In this document: positions 53,301 through 64,000 of the stretch, piece after piece | Position numbering within the stretch: the first letter of the stretch is position 1 | Layout of the letters: each line of letters opens with the position of its first letter | DNA from: Balanoglossus misakiensis | Lineage: Eukaryota > Animalia > Hemichordata | Direction: 5' to 3' | DNA: 64,000 nt | Assembly: GCA_040954595.2 (NCBI GenBank) | Contig: CM082597.2 | Span: forward strand, 762,859 to 826,858 | Position numbers and translations under genes: made by a program | The notes under the pieces: model-generated | Database searches by the model: none | Seen by the model: the letters and a program-made list of their open reading frames with translations, nothing else | Told to the model about the DNA's origin: nothing

Positions 53301-55509
53301 TCAAAATAGCAGCCATGATACAGATAGTCTCCATGCTTCCGACGACGACCAAGATAAACCACCTGTTCCTGATGAAAAGAAAGATTCAGACGACCATGAA
53401 GCTGGGGGTGGGAGTCGTGATGATGGTGTAAATCAAAATGGCAGCCATGATACAGATAGTCTCCATGCTTCCGACGACGACCAAGATAAACCACCTGTTC
53501 CTGATGAAAAGAAAGATTCAGACGACCATGAAGCTGGGGGTGGGAGTCGTGATGATGGTGTAAATCAAAATGGCAGCCATGATACAGATAGTCTCCATGC
53601 TTCTGACGACGGCCAAGATAAACCACCTGTTCCTGCTGAAAAGAAAGATTCAGACGACCATGAAGCTGGGGGTGGGAGTCGTGATGATGGTGTAACTAAA
53701 AATGGCAGCCGTGGTACAGATAGTCTCCATGCTTCTGACGACGACCAAGATAAACCACCTGTTCCTGATGAAAAGAAAGATTCAGACGACCATGAAGCTG
53801 AGGGTGGGAGTCGTGATGATGGTGTAACTAAAAATGGCAGCCATGATACAGATAGTCTCCATGCTTCTGACGACGACCAAAATAAACCACCTGTTCCTGC
53901 TGAAAAGAAAGATTCAGACGACCATGAAGCTGGGGGTGGGAGTCGTGATGATGGTGTAACTAAAAATGGCAGCCATGGTACAGATAGTCTCCATGCTTCT
54001 GACGACGACCAAAATAAACCACCTGTTCCTGCTGAAAAGAAAGATTCAGACGACCATGAAGCTGAGGGTGGGAGTCGTGATGATGGTGTAACTAAAAATG
54101 GCAGCCATGATACAGATAGTCTCCATGCTTCTGACGACGGCCAAGATAAACCACCTGTTCCTGCTGAAAAGAAAGATTCAGACGACCATGAAGCTGGGGG
54201 TGGGAGTCGTGATGATGGTGTAACTAAAAATAGCAGCCATGATACAGATAGTCTCCATGCTTCTGACGACGACCAAGATAAACCACCTGTTCCTGCTGAA
54301 AAGAAAGATTCAGACGACCATGAAGCTGGGGATGGGAGTCGTGATGATGGTGTAAATAAAAATAGCAGCCATGATACAGATAGTCTCCATGCTTCTGACG
54401 ACGGCCAAGATAAACCACCTGTTCCTGATGAAAAGAAAGATTCAGACGACCATGAAGCTGAGGGTGGGAGTCGTGATGATGGTGTAACTAAAAATGGCAG
54501 CCATGATACAGATAGTCTCCATACATCCGACGACGACCAAGATAAACCACCTGTTCCTGATGAAAAGAAAGATTCAGACGACCATGAAGCTGAGAGTGAT
54601 AGTGGTGATGATGGTGTAAATGAAAAGGGCGGCCATGGTACAGATAGTCTCCATGCTTCTGACGACGACCAAGATAAACCACCTGTTCCTGATGAAAAGA
54701 AAGATTCAGACGACCATGAAGCTGAGAGTGATAGTGGTGATGATGGTGTAAATGAAAAGGGCGGCCATGATACAGATAGTCTCCATGCTTCTGACGACGG
54801 CCAAGATAAACCACCTGTTCCTGCTGAAAAGAAAGATTCAGACGACCATGAAGCTGGGGGTGGGAGTCGTGATGATGGTGTAAATCAAAATGGCAGCCAT
54901 GATACAGATAGTCTCCATGCTTCTGACGACGACCAAAATAAATCATCTGTTGCTGCTGATGAAAAGGAAGATTCAGGCGACCATGAAGCTAAGGGTGATA
55001 GTCGTGAAGATGGTGCAACTGAAAAAGGCGGCCATAGTACAGATAGTCTCCATGCTTCCAACGACGACCAAAATAAATCATCTGTTCCTGATGAAAAGAA
55101 AGATTCAGACGACCGTGAAGCTGAGGGTGATAGTGGTGTTGATGGTGTAACTAAAAATGGCAGCCATGGTACAGATAGTCTCCATGCATCCGACGACGAC
55201 CAAGATAAACCATCTGTTCATGATGAGAAAGATTCAGGCGACAATGAAGCTGAGGGTGATAGTCGTGGTGCAGGTGTAACTAAAAATGGCAGCCGTGGTA
55301 CAGATACGCCCCCTGATCCTCAAGACACCTCAGAACAAAAGTCAGAGAAGGAAGAGAAAGATGAACAGACGAGTGATGATGATCCCCAAAAAACGACACC
55401 GAAGGAGGCCGAAGACAGCTCGAATCTGGGAAATGTACAGCAGACAAAAACAGATGTTGGAGAAGAAATTGACAGTGACAAAAAGGACAACAGTGATAAT
55501 GTTAACTGA
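50366..55509 (+). CDS. BTB-BACK (BTBD17-like) protein with 25 x 44-aa acidic tandem repeats and no CBM48, ~1563 aa, 2 exons (paralog B)
   Basis: Exon 1 50366-51115 (BTB: SDLCVVIG..LHKFVLGSHS..FLRYFYTG; BACK: NEYSLFKGVEKW..IRFPLM; donor CAG|GTAAG). Exon 2 51568-55509 (acceptor aacag|), in frame with ORF 51577..55509. The start could instead be the second Met at 50387. Confidence 0.88.
52000..55305 (+). repeat. Coding minisatellite: 25 tandem copies of a 132-bp unit (TDSLHASDDDQDKPPVPDEKKDSDDHEAGGGSRDDGVNQNGSHD-like)
   Basis: Unit starts (acagatagtctccat) every 132 bp from 52000 to 54904, then at 55039 and 55171. The only indels are 3-nt ones near the 3' end. Confidence 0.97.
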
Positions 55510-56590
55510 TGTTGCTGGCGTTCATGCACACGATAAGGCTTTATTTTATTTTATCAGTTTTATGGCTGTACAGTTTCTTGGCATTATTTAGTTGTTCTGT
55601 TGTAGTTTGAAAAAAAAGCTTTGTAATTTCTGTTAAAATATTACCAATTTATGAGTTTCACAAAGAGTCAGTTTATGTGATATTGTCACCAATTAAGCAC
55701 AGAATTCTACATCTTGACAACATAATTTAGTTCACCTTCAAACATGGCCGCCAACCTTTACTAGTAGCATCATGCAGGAAATACTGCGGACTAGACAGTC
55801 TGTTCGACTACAACTATAACCACCTTTGATTTACACGTTTCCGTGCATAGTCCAAAGGCCATGCTTGTGGCTTCAAGTGCCTGTGTGGTGGCGCATTTTA
55901 TTTTCGCATAGCAACACCAGTTGAAACCTGTGACTGACTATATCTCCCATTCCAATAATAAATGTTGCTAAATTTGATTAGGTGGCTGTATATCTTGCGT
56001 TCTTTCTTCTTTCAATATGGGTGAAAATTCCACTTTACTCCTTTCATTTTTGGTTCATTGGAAACAGTTACTGATGCAGTTCAGAGTATTGTGGCTAATT
56101 AATATTCATGAGTTCCATGAACGCATAAGAAAACCACGCGCCTGATACACAGCGTGTACAGTGCTTGATCTAGGTCGACACAGTTAAAGACTTAGCCTTA
56201 CACGAACAGCCTTCTTCTTGACAAAGCAGATACTGCGTGCATATTTAGTTTTTGAGGACGACGATTTCGCGGTTCGGGTTAAAGGCTGACAAGTGAGAGT
56301 GGTGATGGTACTGATGTCAAACGCGGGATGTTAACAAAATCGTTCCTGACGAGCAGCTTGGGAAACAAGAAGCCACGTACGCTTTGGTGATCCGGCAGCT
56401 AAGTTAGATATTAACAATTTGAATTGAACAGGCTGTGGCGTAGTGTTGCCTGTGTGTTAATTTTGCTTTAAAGTTTAGCAAGTCCAAACTGTGGATTGTT
56501 GTCTATGCCATAGCGAGCTTGAAGACGCCAGATTTGTAATTGTGCTTGTCGAAACAGAGAACTTGGTCCTCCACATTCAACGCTATCACC

Positions 56591-59379
56591 ATGTCAACCA
56601 ACGTCTGCCATACCGACGAAATTCTGAAAATAGTCGAGGCATTATTCAATAAGCCTGAACTAAGTGACATGTGTCTGTGTGTCGACGGCCGGCAATATCA
56701 CCTCCATCGATCAATAGTATTTCCACAGAGCAAAGTATTTCAACAGCTGTTCGAGTCAGCTGATAGCGCCACCGGTGTTGACCCTTATCACCGCGTAAAT
56801 GAGGTCGGTCATATAACTGAATGCGTTATACACATGGAGCAGTTATTTCGGTATTTCTACACCGGTAAAATCAACCTGACCACAAAGAACGCCGTTGGGA
56901 TCATTCTGCTTGCTTACCATTACAAAATTACGAAACTTGCCGTTGCGTGCCGAAGTTTCTTGAGGGAATATCTGCAAAGTAAAAGCGCTGATATTGAGGT
57001 CGTCTTTCGTTGGTACAAACATCCAAACCTCCGTGATATCGAACACCTGCAATGGGTAGCGGAAGAGTGTTTGAAAGTGATAGAGCGTAGACTTGATGAA
57101 GTGATAAACTGTCAATCGATTTGGTTAAAGCTGGAATTCAACAGCGTTTGGGTCTTCCTGCAAAGCTCTGAAGTAAAAGTGAAGGATGAGTACAGCTTCT
57201 ACAAAGCGCTAGTCAGATGGCTAATGAATGCTTACAATGATGGCGACGAACTGGACACGAAGTCAAGAGAGTTTCTGGAATACGTACGCTTTCCAATGAT
57301 GTCACCAAGAGATTTGGGATACCTACAGGTAATGATTTCCTCATTTTAGACTAATGTCTGTTTATCTGTCACAAAACCATCCATCACTTCAAATATAGCA
57401 TTTTCTAAATATATATATATTCTTCAATGTTCTGCACACAGGAAACTTGTCCACTATACAAACGGTACCGTTTGCTGTATGATAGTCTGTTAGTGGAGGC
57501 GTACAGGTTTCACAGCACCAGGGACATCGCTGCATTCTGGGGAAATCCACGATTCGAACAGAGGAACTATATCAAACGCCCAGCAAAAGTGCCAGTGACC
57601 GAAAAACAGCGGTCTCGGCATTCTGTTTTGCAGCAACGACGCACACCCACCACGCAAGCTGCACCTGCACCCAACCCCAAAGACAGTGACGATACACATC
57701 TGGATAAAAAGCGCCACCAGGAGGGCGATCTCTGCGCTGGTCATGATAAGAAGGGAAATGGTACAGTTGATCATAGCGGCGATAAAGGTGAAGGCCAAAG
57801 CATTGCAGACAATGCTGTTCCCACAAGACCTATTCCACAGAAATCAGAACTGGTTGAGTCTAGTGCAGCAAGAATTAACACCCATGAGACCCAGAGTTTG
57901 CAGACGAAAAGTGTTCACACAGAACACACGCATGGCAATGATGGAAATGGTGCTGGTTCAGTCACCGAAACAGAACCCTCGGAACGTAACCCACGCCCAG
58001 GTCTCCAGAGTCCCCCGCGCCATGGTGAGGGTCAGAGAACAGCTAGTGCTTCGAGTAAAGGCGAGGAAGGTGACATTGCAGATGATGGACCTGTTATGGA
58101 GGATGAAGTATACCCAAGTCAAGATAAGACAGAAAATGGCACCGTAAGTACCAGTGACAAAGATCAAAGCATTGTAGTTACTGCTGTTCCGCCCAAACCG
58201 CCACAGAAATCAGAAATGAATGGGTCAAGTCCTGCCAGAACAGACAATCATGAGTCCCAGAATTTGCAGATGAAAGCAGAAGACTCACAGAGAAATGATG
58301 GACATGATGGTGGTTCAGACACTGAAACAGAATCTGTGGAGAGTGACCCGGACCCTGGTCGGGGTTCTCCGGGTCATGACCCCCAGGGTGAGAAAACAGA
58401 GCGTGCTATAGATGGAAGTGATGAAGACGAAGTTTTGGATGCGGAATCGCAAGACAACGTTGATTTCTTGCAAGGAAATACCACCCCTATTGTATTCAAA
58501 TGGGACATGGATGGTCGTGATGTGTCTGTAGCAGGGAATTTCACCAACTGGACAAAAATACCAATGACATATGATAACAAGTAAGTAATACACCATTTTA
58601 ATGTCGATTCATCACAGACGTAGAAGTGCAAGTTTTCTGTGTATATTCATAAGTTTTATTCAATGAGCAAATCTAGCATTTCATTTCTACTTTTGACTTT
58701 CCTTTACAATAACTTTAAATGTTGAAATACTCTAAAATGCAACTTTACATTTTCAGATCGAAATGCTTCACTCATTCTTGTCAACTATTACCTGGTGACT
58801 ATCAGTATAAGTACTTCATTGATGGTGACTGGTGTATTGATCCGCGACAGGTGAGGAATTCTTTGAATGTTTACAAATAGAGCTTGCAGTAGCAATATGC
58901 ATGGAGCATGTTTTATGACCCTTACCATCGCTTATAACAAATGTGTTCTGCATACTGAATGATATGTTTGATACAACGTGAAAGTTTTCTTGGATAATGA
59001 CACTTTCGGCCACTGTATAACTCCTACAATTCAAATCCGAGAATGATGTCAGCCTGTCACTTAACATTTGTGGAGTAGATGTAAGCATATAAAGTCGAAA
59101 ATAATGGTAGACCAACAGAATTCGCTAGATTGTATTATTTGGCATCATGCTTTCATTTGACGTGTCTTTCAGGAATCAATTCACGATCAGGGAGGTCATC
59201 AGAACAATGTCATAAGAGTAAAAGCGCGGGAAGGTCATTGCGAGTCACGTGACGATACGTCAGATCGGTCAGATGTCATCCAAGGTCAAGAGGTCACGTT
59301 TGACAACGTGGAAGGAGAACTTCCAACAGACGTGCAAGACACAAATGACACCAGATCACCTTCACCAAGTGAAGACTAA
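56591..59379 (+). CDS. BTB-BACK (BTBD17-like) protein with disordered linker and AMPK-beta-type CBM48 domain, ~725 aa, 4 exons (paralog C)
   Basis: Exons 56591-57328, 57442-58580, 58757-58850, 59173-59379 (GT-AG, phases 0, 2, 0). BTB: SDMCLCVDG..LHRSIV..LFRYFYTG. BACK: DEYSFYKALVRW..VRFPMM. CBM48: PIVFKWDMDGRDVSVAGNFTNWTKIPM..LLPGDYQYKYFIDGDWCIDP..GGHQNNVIRV. Confidence 0.92.
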
Positions 59380-60687
59380 TGAATCTGTCTCTCTAACGCT
59401 AAGAACATACAGCCTGTTGGCTTATATTTTTAATTAAATAACCTCGGGTCTAATTGCCAGTAATTTCTAGTAGAGCTGTCATTTCGACTAATCTTTACAC
59501 ATGACAAGACAATTTATGGACTGGATTCAGCGACAGCATGGTTCTATACCTGGCGCTTGTAATGCCCGGATTTTGTGAGAAAATGTGACATAATGACAGT
59601 ACTGATAATTTTGAGGTTTTTTGCCTTTGGGAAACTTTTAACTTTTGACTAAATGAAGCATTCAAAAAATTCCTTTTTAACGGGATAAATCATTCCTTCA
59701 ATTGCAAATTTGGTTGGTTGATTTTCTTTCCTGTCTTCTGGAATCAGCTGGAATACGAGATGACCAGCAAGAGAATAACAGTGTCGTCATGACCTGTCGT
59801 CTTTGTTTAATAATTATGCGTCAATTAAGAAAAGGTGTGATGCTATTGTTATGCAAAACAACTACATCACCTGATCTCGACTCGCCTCGTGTTATGTGTA
59901 GTGATGCAGTCTGGCACGATGACGGTATATGTCTTTCGACCCGTACAAAAATTTCGTTTCACATGAGTTGATGTAGTTTGAACACTGCTGTTGTAAACCT
60001 GTGTGTATGAGGCTGACAGGGATCCAACCAAGGTATGTATTTTTATGCTACAATTTTATTTGAACCGCATAGATTGAAGCCCACTTGAAATTGTCATTGT
60101 CTGAGTTACGAAATTTCCAATTTCCCGATTTCAACGATATTTTGACTCGGACAGTGTTATATATGAGCGACTGTTTCAGAAGACTGGTACATTCGGCACA
60201 ATTAAGCCAGGTGATGCCTCTAAATTAAAACCGTTTATGTATTCATTGTGTTGGACTGCTAAAGTGTCATATTTGACTGGTTGCTTTCGTTTGCTTTTCC
60301 ACAACGAACAAAATATTTACTCGTGCCTGTGAGGGCGGACACATTACCTCAAGACACTTCCGGTATTACGCCAAAATAGTGTGTGCGTCTGTGCTTTAGT
60401 GCCGAGTGGAGACAAGAGGCAAATATTGAACAATCACGATTCGAAGAATTGTGAAAATCGACAACATCGTACCTTCATTCGATGTGTTTTGAAAGACGCT
60501 GCATTGCATATTATCCCCCTTTCCGTTTTCGGAAGCGGGTTTCTTTTGTAGAAGGTAACGGTGTAAATAACATGAAAAAGCACTTATGTCGACTGCGAGA
60601 ACGATGAGTTCTACTTGGTCAGGTCATGTGATTTTTCGGTCACTGGATTTTCGTCTGTGCAGCTTGTAAATGAAGCTGAGAAACGAC

Positions 60688-60690
<3 letters not shown>

Positions 60691-60763
<73 letters not shown>

Positions 60764-60764
60764 G
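60691..60764. repeat. (TGTC)n tetranucleotide microsatellite, ~18 units
   Basis: Perfect TGTC run read directly. Confidence 0.96.
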
Positions 60765-63700
60765 CATGCCTGACTGCCTTTCTGTCACCCTCACTGAGCG
60801 TAAGATAAGGATTTCAAACACAAAGAAGTGACTCACTGACGGAAGCACCTTAAGGCATTGTACAAAAAGTACACATGTCTTTCTGATGTAGAACTATCCT
60901 CTACAGAACACGTCAGTGTTTTACAGACTTTATCCTTATAAGTTCTTTCTTATAAATATATGAATATTTTCATTACACTTTTCCGTGATAAATCTAAATC
61001 GAATTTTCTCCTCCAAAACTCCAGAGGATGTGTCTAAACAAGCAGAGACAATCAAAGAGGGCCGAAGGAGATATAAACTTGGTGGGATTTCCTTCGCGTT
61101 ATTAAGGTGGCAAAATTATACGGGGTATTAAATGCAGTGAATTTTCTTCTATTTATGGGAAATGTCTCGCGGGAAACCTGCTCGAATTTATTCTGCTTAT
61201 GTTTATATCTCCTGGGTAGTGACTACAATGATTCCTGTCGTGAGGAGTGAAGTTGGTGGATTTCCAGTCGTTTTATCTGCGTGGATTATTCTGAAGAAAT
61301 CGGAACGAAGACCTTCCAAGTCAGGATTCATGAATAAGAGAACAATCTCATCTCAGGAAAAGCCATAGGTAAATATTTTACCGCCAGCTATGCGTTTTAA
61401 TAATGATCCTTGTCCACTTTGCTTTCATTTCCGTTTTACTTGGTCTATTTTAGAATTATAATTGCGTCGATCTCACGACGCCAATATTTAAAAATATTTT
61501 CATAAATATTTGGATATATAGTTGTACTCCCACAAAAACTTACCCAAGGAGAAAAGAATATGTGGATTTTTCTTTCTTTTCGTATTTGGTGTAGGCAAGA
61601 CTCATCATAAATGAAACGACTGGGGAATCTCTCCAAATGACTTTATTTCAAAGTTAAAGCCTTATCAATTAACGGCTGGATTCAAACAAGCTTATATCTA
61701 AGACTCCACTTTCCCACATTTTCTTATCAGTTTTAGTTTTTACGACAATTATCTATGACTTCATAGTTCATAAAATTACTTCAACGACATCGCGCATCGC
61801 TGGTGATGTTTGACTTATGACCACTCTGTTATGAGACATGAGTATTTATTGCACTTAAGGGGAATGTTGTAATTTTGCCGTAATTGGCGATTTCATTCAT
61901 TTATCTGTCCGCGTCGGCAGTCATCATCAGGACCCACAATCCTTAGGGCATTTTTCGCCGGTTAAAGAAATGACGCATCTGGAAACATGCACGAGCGATT
62001 TGTCATAAGTTGTAGTTTAACAGTTTACATATGAGCTGATGATTTCCCATTTTTGTCGTTCCAATAATTTCACTTTATCAATCGAGTGGGCTAACTTGCC
62101 CTTGGCATGTGTCTTGCGACATGTTCAAAAATACAGCAAAACACATCCATTTGGGGATAAAAGATGGCCAATTCAACCGGCCCATAATTTATAGCCAATT
62201 TTTAAATTCTAACTTCGTTATTACATTTTCGCTGATATATTACAATACATGTTATCGTGATAGTAGAAGGATATTAATTTTTTGGACGGAACCTGTATGA
62301 CTAAATAGCAATTTCCTGTGGTTGACCTTCCGTGTGTACGTTACAAGAAGATCAGATGCGACAAACTAATCCATTAGCTATAAACTGAATTAGTTACATC
62401 AACCCATGGGGTCCTAAATTACATGTGCTCAACCCCAACGCCCAACAGGTCTATATTGATTGCAGCAATTTCATTTGTGGTACCTCAGGATTCTGCAGTG
62501 GGGGTGTGGTTTTGGGCTGTCACGATTTGTGATGATATTTTTTCCGGAGTGGTCTATCTCTCTCTCCATGCGTTTTATTACCATGTGCACCAAACCTTCC
62601 TAGTATAGGGAACGGAAGCTGAAAATATTACATAAACATTTCATTGAAATTATTTTCATCTACAATTTAATGCACTGTGGTCAGTGTTCACCAAGATTCT
62701 CGTGACCAGATGAAGACCGGATTGCCGGTCACGTGACTATAAATTGACGGGGATGGGCAAGACAGATAATTGCTTATCGGAACCATATCTCTTCCACAAA
62801 TCACATGTGACCTCGTCTGCTTTCACAAAGCCCATTACTGTGTTAGTGACAATATTTACCGGGCAATGCAATTGACATTTGCCCGCTAGTGACATATACG
62901 TTGCCCCAGGTTCTGTACTGCACGTATATACAAACAAATTAGCTGACAAATCCGGGCATTAACTCCATGTCCTGCTCAGACTTGTCAACGCAGATAGATT
63001 ATACAAGTCACACGTCCAATTTCAGATGAATAACGCGCGTGAAAAAGACTCCTCGCATATCAGGAATGATTTATTGATTTTCACGACATATTTTAATACG
63101 TTCAGTCTAGTGAGACTGAGAGAAATGCCTTCAATGATAATAGCAAATACATCAGTTGAATTCTCTGCGGGGAGCGCGTTGGTAATAGTATCATCCCACA
63201 TCGCCCTCTTTCATCATTTCGCCCTAAGAACTGTTAACAACAACGCCTGCGATGATCAATGTCATAAGTGTATATCAGCTCTTTGATTATTAAAGACCTC
63301 ACAGTTTGCTATCTGTCACTAGATTCTAATGACTTCATTAGCAGATGATGTTGTGTTAACCTCGCCTGCATCTCTTGCTGTCGCCTGTGATCATTGTCGA
63401 TAAATTGAAAGCATTGAAGAGATAGTGATGTGATGAGCAAGAGGGAATTGAGTTTATACTCCTGCGTCGTGCCTTCATCTTGGTTTAATTTGAGTGTCAT
63501 TAGATCTATTTTACGTTTATGACATCGGTGGAGCTTTAACAAGGGTCTTGAAAGTTTTACTTTCGCGGGATCAGAGTCACCGTGAAGCGATGTGAAGTAC
63601 TCCATGTATTCTCGAGACGAGGGGAAGGGCTTGGTTGACAGAGCAAAACAAACCATGTGTCTTGCATACTGGTATTTGGCTTAGTTACTCTCTATCAGCT

Positions 63701-64000
63701 CACACTGTCATAATTCAAATTCCATATACATCCATATACTTATCTGTATTTATAGAATAAAATAGGAGTAGGGAATGGTTTAATCAATATTCGATCCGTG
63801 GAGGAATAATAAATATTTCGCAAACGCAGAGTGAATTTACCTGTTGCGCAGCAAGAAATTGGGATATTACCTGCAACATCGGTTTCTATTCTGCCTTTAT
63901 AAGCTATTATGCCGCTCCGTTTGACTAAATATCTCATATTTCTCAGATGAAAGAGTTTTTGCGACACTGTGACAACAACACTCGTTGCCAATATCCCTTT

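Noticed and set aside
52376-54946. Minus-strand His-rich repetitive ORFs (416, 64 and 152 aa; ...DLHHHHDSHPQLHGR...)
   Set aside because: Antisense shadow of the 132-bp coding array. They are broken by stops wherever unit variants change, while the plus-strand frame is continuous with a BTB-BACK domain.
52000-55305. Regularly spaced repeats resembling a CRISPR array
   Set aside because: The whole 132-bp unit repeats with no unique spacers, it is in frame inside an intron-containing eukaryotic gene, and no cas genes are present.
243-59379. Apparent carbohydrate theme of the window (glycosyltransferase, lectin GPCR, CBM48 proteins) as one functional cluster
   Set aside because: The products act in different compartments (Golgi, cell surface, cytosol) and animal gene neighbours are usually not functionally linked. 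There is no evidence without synteny or co-expression data.
62737-63991. Several short minus-strand ORFs at the window end
   Set aside because: No recognisable domain or consistent exon chain; they could be part of a gene or element extending beyond the window, but this cannot be supported.

Overview
Eukaryotic, intron-rich genomic DNA from an invertebrate animal; gene content suggests a marine deuterostome such as a hemichordate, but the taxon is inference only. I hand-spliced seven protein-coding genes with GT-AG introns and consistent intron phases. (1) An intronless type II membrane GT31/B3GALT-like glycosyltransferase with four tandem catalytic-type domains, only the central two keeping the DDD motif. 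(2) A 10-exon, 397-aa protein with about three major-vault-protein-like repeats, an SPFH/shoulder-like domain and a coiled coil ('mini-MVP'). (3) A divergently transcribed 2-exon RNF145/TRC8-like multipass RING-H2 ligase. (4) A 31-exon, ~1381-aa ADGRD-like adhesion GPCR with a PAN-CTLD-PAN-EGF-FA58C-FTP-CTLD ectodomain. (5-7) A tandem cluster of three BTBD17-like BTB-BACK genes. Two of these end in an AMPK-beta-type CBM48 glycogen-binding domain; the third has 25 copies of a 44-aa acidic repeat instead. The BTB-BACK-CBM48 fusion, a candidate glycogen-targeted Cullin-3 adaptor, is the most striking item, followed by the mini-MVP/SPFH gene and the four-domain glycosyltransferase. Microsatellites, two copies of a TTAA-type MITE and a probable LINE remnant are also present. 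There is no evidence for rRNA, tRNA or CRISPR. All domain calls are by motif recognition; no database search was run.
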